Shown in pieces: positions 24,701 to 36,559 of a DNA stretch of 64,000 nt. The first letter of the stretch is position 1. Each line of letters opens with the position of its first letter. The notes beneath the pieces are model-generated. The model was not told the origin of the DNA. It did no database searches and was given only the letters and a program-made list of their open reading frames with translations. The translations under genes were made by a program, and so were the position numbers. The stretch comes from Haliotis rubra (lineage: Eukaryota): positions 992,001 through 1,056,000 of the forward strand of contig NW_025765603.1 of NCBI RefSeq assembly GCF_003918875.1, written 5' to 3'.

Positions 24701-27700
24701 TGACCAATGAGACTATACACCAATACCTGAAAAGATTTATCACTTTTTCGTATATTAAACTGTTAAAAGACATCATTTGGAACAGTTTTGTGGATATTGA
24801 TGGATACATTCCTCGAACAAGGTAATGGCCTGATATTGTTCCCATCGCCCGACCCCTAGGAGCAATTGACGACAAAGCAACGATTCGGCATGTCGTCGTT
24901 GATGTCGAGAAATCATCAAAATGATGAGCGTGCTACACATTTTCTATACAACTAACTGAAAATCGTTCCTCATATGACGTCACTGCAGTGCTCTGGCGAC
25001 AGAGTTACGTAACCTGTCTGTGGTTTCGATGGCGGGCGAGAGGGAAGCAGGCGACTTTTTGGCCACTTTTAATCGCTCGGTATTAATTAACCACAAGTTT
25101 TTAAAGAATAAATTTGGTGTTCCGCATAAGACTAACCACAAATCTTTCATATGTAATGGTTAAAAGAGTAACAAAAAACAAAGTTTAGTGGTTCTTTAAC
25201 ATAATTATGTAAATGAATATGGTTTTAACGCCAATTTTGGCAATATTAAAGAAATGTCATGCAACATGTGATAAATCAACTTATATACTATAATAAATAT
25301 GTTGGGTGTTTACTTCTTTGATTACTTGAAGAAGAACCAGAAAACAGTATACCATATACAGTATACCATGTACAGTATACCATGTACAGTATACCATATA
25401 CAGTATACCATGTACAGTATACCATATACAGTATACCATATACAGTATACCATATACAGTATACCATATACAGTATACCATGTACAGTATACCATATACA
25501 GCATACCATATACAGCTAACTATATGTTTAACAAACATGCTCAATAAGAACTGGTTGCTTTGAATACACTGATTTTACACAATGCTGAGGTAGTGTAATC
25601 CTAAATATAACATATGTTAAACTGGTTGCTTGCTGCATATGTAGTCGAAATACATACACCAAACTACGGTTACCATGGTTATAAGGAACTGACTTTAGTT
25701 TTGTCTTTGAGTTTGTTATGCCTGTAGTTTACTATACATCATGTACATGTACCAAACAGGAATCATGTAAATCTATGTATCCAGTCATGAGAACACTTCA
25801 AAACAAACTAAATTGTTGTCTTAAGTAGTTTGACGTTGTGTCAACCGAGATACAGTCAAATCCCGATGAGTCGAATCTCTGGGGACCAAGTAATAAATTC
25901 GACTTATCGATGTATTCGAGACATAGGTATGTCTATGAGGGTAGAAAAATAGATGATCAAGTCCTAATTCTTCCGCCTAAGCATTTGTTTATCTAATGAT
26001 TACCCTATCACTAATAGGGCACCTTATCAGTTCCAGTCTGATTAGCACAGACAGTGATTTCCGTAAAATCACTAATCTGCCTTTTGAACTCACCCCGTCA
26101 AAGGCGGAAAGGTGTGAGCCGCGCTGGTTTGTTAATTGGATCAGTTTGCTACACCAATCAACTTCTCATCAACTGACTTCGGCTTATGTATACAAGATTG
26201 CTGTTGTTTGAATCTCATGGGACCAAATTTTCTTCTCGAGTCATCGTGTGTATTTATGAGTCGAATTCGTGTAACCGGTATTCACATAATGACAACTATA
26301 ACAGGGAATGGTCGGGACCGACAGGGACTTCGAGTTATGCATAATATTCGAGACACCCGGCATTCGACTCATCGGGATTTGACTGTATGTAGAAATACCT
26401 TGCAAGGCCCTTGTGTTCCTCCATTGTCTGGAACCGTAATCTCTCATGGCCAGGCAGATCAATCACTCTCAGACTTTTCTGAAAGCAAAGTTTTTGTAAA
26501 ATATTTTCAGGTCACACAGGCAGACGGGTCTCTTAAGCTTGGTCTCTCCTTGCACACAATATTGTCTTTAAATGGAGAGTATTTGTGTTAAGTAATCAAA
26601 GAAGTGGTGGTGCGTGGTCCTGTGCACAGAGCTCAGGTCACGAATCAGTTGAAGTTAAGCAACGTCGAGCTCGGACAATCCTTGGATGGGTGACTGTGTT
26701 TGGCAGCTTGACCTGACAGTTTCTAGGACTTCAGTCCTGCCCCACAACGAAGCACATGTGATGCATGTGGTCTCACCTTAGGCAAGTGAGTTTGTTCCAA
26801 TTGTCTCTGTTCACCCAGCAGAAAATGGGTACCCGGTTGGAAAAAGTCATGTGACTATAACCTTCTCACGCCTAACAGGCAGCTTGGGTTATCCGGGGTA
26901 ATAAGAATCAGATTCTGATTAAGCGGCGCGAGCAATCACTTGGTGTTTGGCGCTACAGAAGATGACTTATTATATTCCAGCTATATTGCAGTGGTCTGTA
27001 AATAATAGAATCTGGACCAGACAATCCAGTGATCAACAGCATGAGCATCTAATGAGTGAGAGAATGAGTATTTCAGCTATGTAATAGTACATGAGTTCAT
27101 ACTTTGTGCAGATCACTGGAATATGTCAATAAGAAACTAGTATTTAACATGATTTAACATGGTCAGCCAGCTTTTAATCATGTCAACTGGACGTAAATAC
27201 TACATCCTATATGCAAGATAGACCTTTTCATACAGCCTTGTTCCATCCTGCACAGCTTGCAAGCCATATCATTTACATCCATTCTCTCTTAAATATTCTG
27301 GGGTGGTGGGGTAGCCTAGTGGTAAAAGCATTCACTCGTCACGCTGAAGACCCGGGTTTGATTCCCCACATGGGTACAATGGGTGAAGCCCATTTCTGGT
27401 GTCCCCCGCCGCGATGTTGCTGGAATATTGCCAAAAGCAGCATAAAACCCAACTCACGCACTCACTCACTCTTAAATAATCTGCATCTAACAAAAACATG
27501 ACCAAAGCGAGAGTGAGTGAATGAGTTTAGTTTTACGCCGCTTTTAACATTCCAGAAATATCACGACAGGGCACTCATAATGAAAAATCTAGTATTATGG
27601 CTAATACCAAAGAATGTTATATGTATTCACAATAACTAATACTGCATACAATATTATTTCATCACATGTTGTTTATAGCTCTAATAAATACCATCACCGT

Positions 27701-30523
27701 CTTGATGGGAACACTTCAACCACTTGGCTACCCCACTATATTGCATGACTAGAAGCATATACTTGAAGTATGTGTACTTACATTTGAGTCTGGTACAGTG
27801 TAGCTTCCAGAATTGGACTTGGTGGATGTGTACGTCTCCTTATATGTCTTGTACACAAGCTGTAAGAGTTAAAATAATATTTCATGTATTCATGTGTAAG
27901 TGCTGATCTGTTTAGCTTTTTGAGACATGAAAGGCTAAAGATGACAAAGTGATTCAGGCCTTCAAAATGTTTTACTCTGATGAAATCTACAAGTATTGGG
28001 AATGTTTGTTGTATTATCATCATACTCTGCAATATCCTAGCTATACCAGCTATACATGACAGTCTGCAAACAATCAAGACTGTAAATGACAAACAAGTGG
28101 CTGACATTATGAGCATCAAAATACTCAACTGCAATATGAAGACACCCATTAATCACCAGCAAACCTGACCACTGTTTGATGACCATTACGACATAAATGG
28201 CTAAACAACAATTCTAACCCAGATCTTCACTGGTAATGTACAAATGAACATAATGAGTGTCATAATCTTCGAGAAATCTGGAATTTGAATCCAAAAACAT
28301 CAGATCCATGCACAACTAAGGGATGCAACTCTGTAGTTAATTCCATCGCTACTGACATCTCTATCGCCCCTCTTCATCTAGGGCCTTGTCAAAACAATCT
28401 AATATGGTGTCTTGACCAAAAACATTCTTTGAATACTTTACTCTAGTTGTATCATATATATTTTCACCGTCCCGATATTGATGACTGTTTTTGCCATCTG
28501 TACTGTTTCTCACTTCTTACAGAATGACTAGGCTTCATGTTTTCCTCAGTATTGCCAGTGTGCAAGTTACAGTGGTTATCATAAATGTTTTCTTTACACC
28601 CCCTTGTTCCCCACTTGTACAAAGCCTGAGTCGAATATAATTCTGTTCTGTAAACTCAGCTGATAGACAATATGATCTTGATGATAACAGTAAATGTACA
28701 AAACATTATGCTGAAGGCCAAATTCAGGCTAGTGGACTCAAGCATTTATGGCAAAGATAGTAATGGTGATTTATTTTGCATATCCTATGCAAGTCGACAG
28801 CTTATTTTGGAGACCTGCCTCTTAACCGTGTTAATTATTGTCTGTCACATAAGGAATCACTGTCATCATCTTACCCTTGAGAAAAGTAGGGTTTTTCCAG
28901 CATCACAAATACCAAGGAGTAGGACGCCACTTCTTTTGTTTTGTTTCCCACTAAGGAAGGCAAATATAACTGAAAAGGTGAACAATCAATCATCAATGCA
29001 ACAATATGCAACATTCAAGCTAGAAACATCTACCAATCAGCTGAGATGACCATGATGATCATGTTTACACCAGCTGTTTGCAGAATGTACAGAGTACAGT
29101 CAAGTTGTAAAATTAAGATGTTATTCTTGTTATTATCTTGTTACTAGCTTACAGAAGCTACAGTGTCAAAATTGTTAATATTCTGACTTCAGAAAAACAG
29201 TTCAATGGAAATTCATAAAGTAGATAAATACTATTGGCATTAGTGGATACGCTTTAACATATCGTTGACTGGACTTTGGTTCTAGTCTTTATTAATTTAT
29301 GTAGTATCAGGAAAATCGTTTAGAAATAAAAGAACAAATACATATATAGCGTTCCGTGTAACCAAACAAGGATACATAATGACACGAAACCAATACGCAC
29401 AGACGAAATTAACATTTCAAACAGCTGATGGTAAGACTTCCGCCCGTATCCCCCCTAAATTTTAACATGGGGAAAATTTTCTTTGAGTCGCATGTTTAGA
29501 AGTTGGATATGTCTTTCGGTATGTTTAGATACAATTAAACTAACATTTTAAAACTCCTTATCAGATGAGGAATATATCATATTCAGGTGAGATGATTTGA
29601 CTAGAATAAGGGGATACGGGCGGAAGTCTTTCCAATAAATTAATAGAAATTTGTCTTAACACATTTTTTGAGAACATGTCGATCTATCGGAAAACATATT
29701 GACAGGTTGGGGAAACCTACCGATCGGCCTGTAATAGGCCTAACGGAGTATTATAGGCCGTTCTGCCTATTTTGCTATAGGCTGATTGGCCTATAATTAT
29801 GATATTTATCAAATTAATTTGAAGTGGTGCATTTCCGCATGAGGATACTAACATCATTCAAGCTTAAATGTCCTAAGGTTCTCATTCAAACCCTTTTTGA
29901 GAATTTTCATCACATAATAAAGGAGTTTGAAAATTGCTAATTAAATATAAGTCTATAATATTTTTGACAATTTTCACTGACAATTAATGACATAGAATAT
30001 TCAGTTTTAGATTTCAAAAGGAAAATCTATGAAAAATTGTTGTCTTAATGGAACATCTTTTCCTGAACATGCTATAAATTTCCATTTTGTCCAAAATCTT
30101 ATTTTTTTCAAGCTGAGGAGGTCGATTAACTATTCATCTCAATGATAAAATATGACCACTTCGTTCGGAAATTGATCATTTGTGAAATAATTAGAAAAAT
30201 GTTCAAATATAGCCCGATCGGCCTATAGTAAAATAGGCAGAACGGCCTATAACATCCCGTTAGGCCTATTATAGGCCGATCGGTAGGTTTCCCCAACCTG
30301 ATTGACTAAGTAAAATCCGAAACCAAAATATCGCCATATGGTTTGCCATATGGATGTATATTTCAGCATGGGTGACAGTTACGACAAAATGAATAAGAAA
30401 GAACATACCAAGGGTGAACAATCCTACTATGACTGCTACTAAGATACCGATGACTGTTGGATCACCGGCTTGAACACCATTTTTCACATAGGAGACAAAC
30501 TCGTTCATGCCGTCGTTCGCCAT
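21740..30523 (-). CDS. SRPRB: Signal recognition particle receptor subunit beta (257 aa, 7 coding exons)
   Basis: Exons 30523-30409, 28969-28875, 27859-27782, 26478-26399, 23533-23474, 22576-22445, 21953-21740. All introns are GT-AG and phase-compatible (774 nt). N-terminal TM helix, G1 GICDAGKT, G3 DLPGH, FVIDS, G4 CNKQD, NTLRVTRSA. Confidence 0.95.
23103..23461. mobile_element. MITE with CAGGG..CCCTG termini and 6-bp TSD, in SRPRB intron 5
   Basis: CAGGGTTCGAAATA / TATTTCTATCCCTG; TTATTC duplicated at 23097-23102 and 23462-23467. Confidence 0.7.
23684..25195. mobile_element. Kolobok-like non-autonomous DNA transposon
   Basis: TTAA on both sides; imperfect TIR AGGTCACATAAAC / GTTTAGTGGTTCT; internal inverted 16-mer GTGACGTCATATGAGG (approx. 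23865) / CCTCATATGACGTCAC (approx. 24968). Confidence 0.55.
25342..25515. repeat. 14-bp minisatellite
   Basis: Unit ACAGTATACCAT(A/G)T, about 12 copies. Confidence 0.92.
25853..26385. mobile_element. Tc1/mariner-pogo-type MITE
   Basis: Perfect 24-bp TIR CAGTCAAATCCCGATGAGTCGAAT with TA target duplication on both sides. Confidence 0.9.
26606..26975 (+). mobile_element. composite SINE: 5S rRNA-derived segment, CORE-like domain and L2-like tail
   Basis: GAAGTTAAGCAACGTCGAGCTCGG...CTTGGATGGGTGAC (5S A and C boxes, 26651-26694); CCTTAGGCAAGTGAG...TCACCCAGCAGAAAATGGGTACC (CORE-like, 26776-26834); AAGCGGCGCGAGC...GGCGCTACAGAAGAT...TTATTAT tail. Confidence 0.7.
27300..27470 (+). mobile_element. family A SINE
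   Basis: Full element; TSD CTCTTAAATA(T/A)TCTG. Confidence 0.85.
29433..29630. mobile_element. approx. 200-bp MITE
   Basis: 21-bp TIR AAGACTTCCGCCCGTATCCCC / GGGGATACGGGCGGAAGTCTT. Confidence 0.8.
29703..30300. mobile_element. MITE with approx. 90-bp TIRs and 5-bp TSD (hAT5-like)
   Basis: CAGGTTGGGGAAACCTACCGATCGGCCT... / ...AGGCCGATCGGTAGGTTTCCCCAACCTG; ATTGA duplicated at 29698-29702 and 30301-30305. Confidence 0.85.
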
Positions 30524-30544
30524 GATGTGTCAACTCACTTCTAA

Positions 30545-30592
30545 TTCTACTTCCGCTCTGATAAATAAACCGGATCAATCTAACCGGAAGAA
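30545..30592 (-). promoter_or_regulatory. putative SRPRB proximal promoter with ETS-type motifs
   Basis: ACTTCCG (30549) and CCGGAAG (30584) just upstream of the SRPRB ATG; motif match only. Confidence 0.35.
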
Positions 30593-32888
30593 ACCATTTT
30601 CAACAAGTCAACACGCAATAAACTTGCCTCCGGCTGACGTGACTCGTTGTTCTGAAACTAATATTTGCCCAAAGGCTAACTAATCCAAGCTAAGACCTAA
30701 AGATGAGAGTAATAAAATGTGACATCAGACGTGACACCCTTTATAGTCTAGACTGGAATTTTATTTTGTGGGATAAAAAGGGACTAAGGGAATTTTGTCA
30801 AAACGGCCCAGTTAACTGGTCATCGACCTTTTCTGGTCAAAATGATTAATTTCTCCGGTAAAATGGCACACGTGTTTTGGCACAATTAAGCTGACAAATA
30901 AAGACACACTTCGTTTTGTAGGGTGGTTTTGGGGATGGGGTGATTCTAGTGCATTTTTCAATATTACGATCTATTCACACTATGAATGAGATACGCTTCA
31001 CAATTCCAGATTGTAACTGAAGCCCCAAATCATTCTCTTCCAAGGGTTGAGTTTGAATATAACTATCAACATCCAGTTTGTCAACGAGGATGGGAAAAAC
31101 TGCTTTGTTAATTTTCTCTCTGTGTAAGAGTACATATCTGTCACAATCAACGGCATAGGCCTATCTACCACATGTAGAACTTTCTCGAGATGTAGTGAGC
31201 CTGGAAGCTATCTAAGAGAGTACAAGATGCAATATCTTAGATCAGGTTAAGTTAGAGCTAATGACCACAATATATGTACTTTATGTTTCGAATGGGTTGG
31301 CCTGTATCTGATTATATGGAAGAATACGCAGTGCACCATTCCTTTTACACTCCTGGTGAGTGAGTGAGTGAGCGAGTACGTTTTTACGCCGCTTTTAACA
31401 ATATTCAAGCAATATCACGGCAGAGCACTCAAGATGCAAAACCTAATATGATGGCTAATGCCAAAGAATGTCATATGTATTCACGAAGATTAATACTGCA
31501 CACGATAATAATTAATACTTTCATCATATTTGTGAATTTTGTTCATTGCGCCACAAAATACCACCACCGTTTTGATGATTAGGGTGGTTGGGTAGCCTAG
31601 TGGTTAAAAGCACACCCCCCCCTAAATAAAAACAAACCCAACCCCAACAAAACCCCGGGTTCGATCTACCACATGGGCACAATGTGTGAAGCCCATTTCT
31701 GGTGTCCCCCGTCGGGATAAATTTGCTGGAATATCGCTAAAAGCGGCGTAAACGTAAGCTCACTGCTTAATAGTGTTATGTTGTAGTGTTGAGATGTCTT
31801 CATCGGAAACCTCTGTTCAGGGCTGTATAATCCGGTTATCTCCCAACTTTACCTCGAGAACGTGGTATTGTTTCTGTACTCACTTCATAAAACTTGGTAT
31901 ACAACTAAAGACATGGTGCTTTCATTTTATGTTTAGTGGTGAAGCATTGTCTGGAGAAAATGATGCTACACTCGAGTGGAACAGTAATTAGACTGGTTAG
32001 CTTGCGCTGCTCGCATACGACAGTTGCTGAGACGGACATTGTACGAGTAAAAGGTGAAATTCTTGAAAATGTCTTTTTCGTGAAGTCATTCAATGAAATA
32101 AGAAAGTATTTTGGCAGGAAAAGCCAAGTGACCTCAAGTTATTCTGGACGATAGCCTAGTGGTTAAATCATTTACACATCACGCCGAGGATGTTATCACT
32201 CATGGATCACAGGCAAATTGTAGCGCAAATAGGGTTGCGCAACAACGAGAACTTGACCAGTCTTCCTATATGCGAGCGAGGTCATTTTTCTCTTTGATGC
32301 GCATCCCTATTTGCGCTACAATTTGCCTGTGCATGGATACAATCATTCGTGACCAACTCGTGTTATTTCGGGACAAGCCGAATACTTGGAGATTACGGAA
32401 AGGATCGAGTGGTGACGAATGGGATACAATCTGCGAAGCCAGTTTCTGGTGTCCCATGCATTGAGATTACTAGAACCACGGAGACTATATCATGTTGTAG
32501 AGTATCCCTGCTAGAACATTGCAGAAGACGGCGACAAACCACACTCCCTCACGCACCCTGTACTTTCCATCTAATTTCATTACAAAATAGGCTTGCGCGT
32601 TCCATCTGGTATAATCTTCAGATTGCAGTCTTTTTGGGGGGGAGAATGTACGCATATTTATCTCTGAAAAGTGATGCGTATGGTGTAGGTGATCTTTAAG
32701 TGGTCAGCCATACATCATGTTTTCCCCTTGATGCATGTGCTGTTAGACATATAAGTTTAATCTACACCTGTCAAAGTCTATTAATATTTTTGTCATGAAA
32801 TCTTACGTTACGACTAAGAGGTATTCAGTTTTCCTGCCAACACCAGAACCAACAGACCCAGTGAAACAGCACTGCGTATAGGTGTCTT

Positions 32889-33279
32889 CACAGGGATTCG
32901 AATCACTGTTTGGACAATAATTTTTTAAAAATAAAAAACTAGATTTTTGCAACCGTATATTGTTTTTATATGTTATGAGTAACTTATATGTCAAATTTGA
33001 ACGAAATCGGTGAAGAAATGGATTTTTTAGAAAATTCTCCCGCTACACTCATTACATAAAATACACGTAAATTCTCCGCTACACTCATTACATAAAATAC
33101 ACGTGTATTTTTATGTAATGAGTGTAGCGGAGAATTTTCTAAAAAATCCATTTCTTCACCGATTTCGTTCAAATTTGACATATAAGTTACTCATAACATA
33201 TAAAAACAATATACGGTTGCAAAAATCTAGATTTTTATTTTTAAAAATTATTGTGCAAACAGTGATTCGAACCCCTGTG
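32889..33279. mobile_element. approx. 390-bp near-perfect foldback (palindromic) element
   Basis: CACAGGGATTCGAATCACTG... mirrored by ...CAGTGATTCGAACCCCTGTG, centred on CACGTG (33100-33105). The left arm carries an extra tandem copy of approx. 36 bp. Confidence 0.85.
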
Positions 33280-35077
33280 GTTGTCCTGCTACAAATGGAA
33301 CGTCTTTTTATCTTTTTCGTGAAACCCTAGTAGTCTCTTTCCCGTCAGTGCACATTTCGCTGCTGATATTATAGCCGGTTGTTAGCTATTCGATCTCCGG
33401 TGTTTCAATGTACAATGTTAAGTGTTTTCAGTGTTTATGAATTTATCTGTTTATTCATGCAAACTTGTCTGCTTGTCTGATGTTTCAATGTACACATTTT
33501 CTTGTCCAGAGTGATATTTTCTCAAGTTTTCTGTAATTTTTATTGAATCAAATTGATCAACGTTTGAAAATTCTTAATAAATAGGAGAAACTTTTACGAA
33601 GAAATTCAGAAAACAGTGCAAAACACGATAAATTGAAAAAACAACAACATTCACCATCTTTCAACACAACACGTGAAAATAACGCACACCCACTCCAATG
33701 GCATTGGATTCACAACAGACGCCTGAAATCGCTGCTTATTCCTAAAACGGGTGTAAAACTTGCTGGCGTCATGCTGAAGACCCGGGTCCCACTTCTTGTA
33801 ATGTGTTCATTCTTGGTGGCCCCTTTCGTGAATGTAGGCTTTAAAGTAGCTTGTCTCAAGCAAGAGATCCCTCACAGAAATGTCGACCCGAGCCTTCTCC
33901 CCATGGTCAACGCAATTACTGTCAGGCCTCCTACCAACCCAAAGGCACTGTATGAAATAAGGCCCGTCCGACCGACCGAGACGGGTTTGATTTCAGAGGG
34001 ACGGTCTAGATTTACAGCTCGCCAGCCCGATGATGGTCTGGTAAAAAAATATATGTTATATACATCTGAGACATATCTTGGTGTCTGTTCTGGTTAAATC
34101 CATTTTGGACTGGTAACATTTTGAAGTTACCAGCCCTGATGTCTGACTGGGGTTTTGGCTTATTTCATACAATGCCAAAGGTAACTGATGATCAAATGAA
34201 TATGAAAAATGAAAACTTTGCGAAAACCTCGATCCATTGTGCCACCACTCATTATGTGTGCAGATACTTTCATTAAACATGGTAGCAGACTAGTGTCCGG
34301 CTAGGTTTAAGACACAGCTTTCCGGTTTATCAGTCTGCTTCAATATTTACAGCACATGGCAACATCTTACCTCTGAGATGGCAACTGTTGCGGCCTCGTT
34401 ACAACCTTGTATAAAGGCCAACATTCATCTTTCTAAAATTGGACCATCCAAGCTACTCCCACTACCACTGAAGGGGTCGTTGTACTACAGATATGTACCC
34501 CAGGTACGTTTCTGTGTACAGAAATGTACACTAAACAAAGTCAAACTACAGAAACGCACCCGGTACCCTACACGACGGACGGGTATATATTTCGCAACCT
34601 CAAACTGATCCCGTATTCAGCTGATTACGAGTAATACTGTGCATCGTGAAATATTCCTTACGTATATATTTTGTATGCTCGTTTCCATCAAAAATTATCT
34701 ATTACAACAGTACGACAGTTCCGATCAAGAAAACGATACAGTGCAGAATGGAATCGTCCTGGGGGACGTTGCTGTATTCTGATGTGGCTGGGGATCATTT
34801 CTGTATACCAAATACACAAAACGCCGCGAGGAGCCTGACATGGCATTACATATCAAGCTGAGGCTGTTAAGACCTTGACGTGTGATAACATATCCAATAT
34901 TTCAAAAGCCAAGGCATGTTTGTGATAAACTTTATTAATTTATTAAACACGTTTTAAAACTTCTTTTAAACATCTTTTAAAACATATAAATATAAGTTTT
35001 CAACATAAGGGAACACAGGAATGGTTACTGGGGTAACTGGGTTCCTTCTTAGGTGCAATGATTGAACGAGATTCCAT

Positions 35078-36230
35078 GCTGAAGAACATTAATGATTGAA
35101 CGAGATTCCATGCTGAAGAACAGTAATGATTGAACGAGATTCCATGCTGAAGAACATTAATGATTGAACGAGATTCCATGCTGAAGAACATTACTGACTG
35201 AACAAGATTCCATGCTGAAGAACATTACTGAATGAACAAGATTCCATGCTGAAGAACATTACTGATGAGATTCCACACTCAAGGAAAAACATTACTGACT
35301 GAACAAGATTCCATGCTGAAGAACATTACTGAATGAATGAGATTCCACACTGAAGAACATTACTGAATGAATGAGATTCCACACTGAAGAACATTACTGA
35401 TGAGATTCCACACTCAAGGAAAAATATTACTGACTGAACAAGATTCCATGCTGAAGATCATTACTGACTGAATGAGATTCCATGCTGAAGAACATTAATG
35501 ACTGAATGAGATTCCATGCTGAAAAACATTACTGACTGAATGAGATTCCATGCTGAAGAACATTACTGACTGAACAAGATTCCATGCTGAAGAACAGTAC
35601 TGAATGAATGAGATTCCACACTGAAGAACATTACTGATTGAGCGAGATTCCACACTGAAGAACATTACTGATTGAGCAAGATTCCACTATGATGTATACC
35701 AATGACTGAGCAAGATTCCATGCTGAAGAACATTAGTGATTGTGTGAGAATTAAATTACATCACTACAAAAGCAGTGAAATAAACAATAAAATAATGATG
35801 AGATTCCACACTCAAGGAAGAACATTACTGACTGAACAAGATTCCATGCTGAAGAACATTACTGATTGAGCAAGATTCCACACTGAAGAACATTACTGAT
35901 TGAGCGAGATTCCACACTGAAGAACATTACTGACTGAGCGAGTTTCCACACTGAAGAACATTACTGAATAAATGAGATTCCACACTGAAGAACATTACTG
36001 ACTGAACAAGATTCCATGCTGAAGAACATTACTGATTGAGCGAGATTCCATGCTGAAGAACATTACTGATTGAGCAAGATTCCACACTGAAGAACATTAC
36101 TGAATGAATGAGATTCCACACTGAAGAACATTACTGAATGAACAAGATTCCATGCTGAAGAACATTACTGATTGTGCGAGAATTACATTACATCACTACA
36201 AAAACAGTGAAATAAACAATAAAATAATGA
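35078..36230. repeat. 34-bp minisatellite just 3' of P2
   Basis: Unit GAAGAACATTACTGA(C/A/T)TGA(A/G)(C/T)(A/G)AGATTCCA(TG/CA)CT; higher-order duplication including the AT-rich terminal block at approx. 35745 and 36180. Confidence 0.92.
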
Positions 36231-36559
36231 TTGGTAATAATAACCAAACTACAATATGGAGTATGAGTGAGTGAGTGTATGTGAGTTAGTGAGTTTTGTT
36301 GGTTAAAACAACCATGTGTGACTCCTCTTTTCAGACAAAGAAATTATTCATTTCAAAGTACTCACTGTAGAACATATTTTCTTTCAAACAAACAACCCCA
36401 GACAGAACAGTAGTTCCCACCCATCCTACGACCACCACACCCCAAAACCGATTACAACAACCATTCCCATCCCAACACCCCCCGCTGTTTCCACTGCAGC
36501 CACCCTGATCCACACCTTATTCCCACACAAACCCCAGAAGCTCATTTAGTCTTAGGACT

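Noticed and set aside
26640-26700. 5S rRNA gene
   Set aside because: Only the internal promoter region is similar, it is diverged, and it is fused to CORE-like and L2-like sequence.
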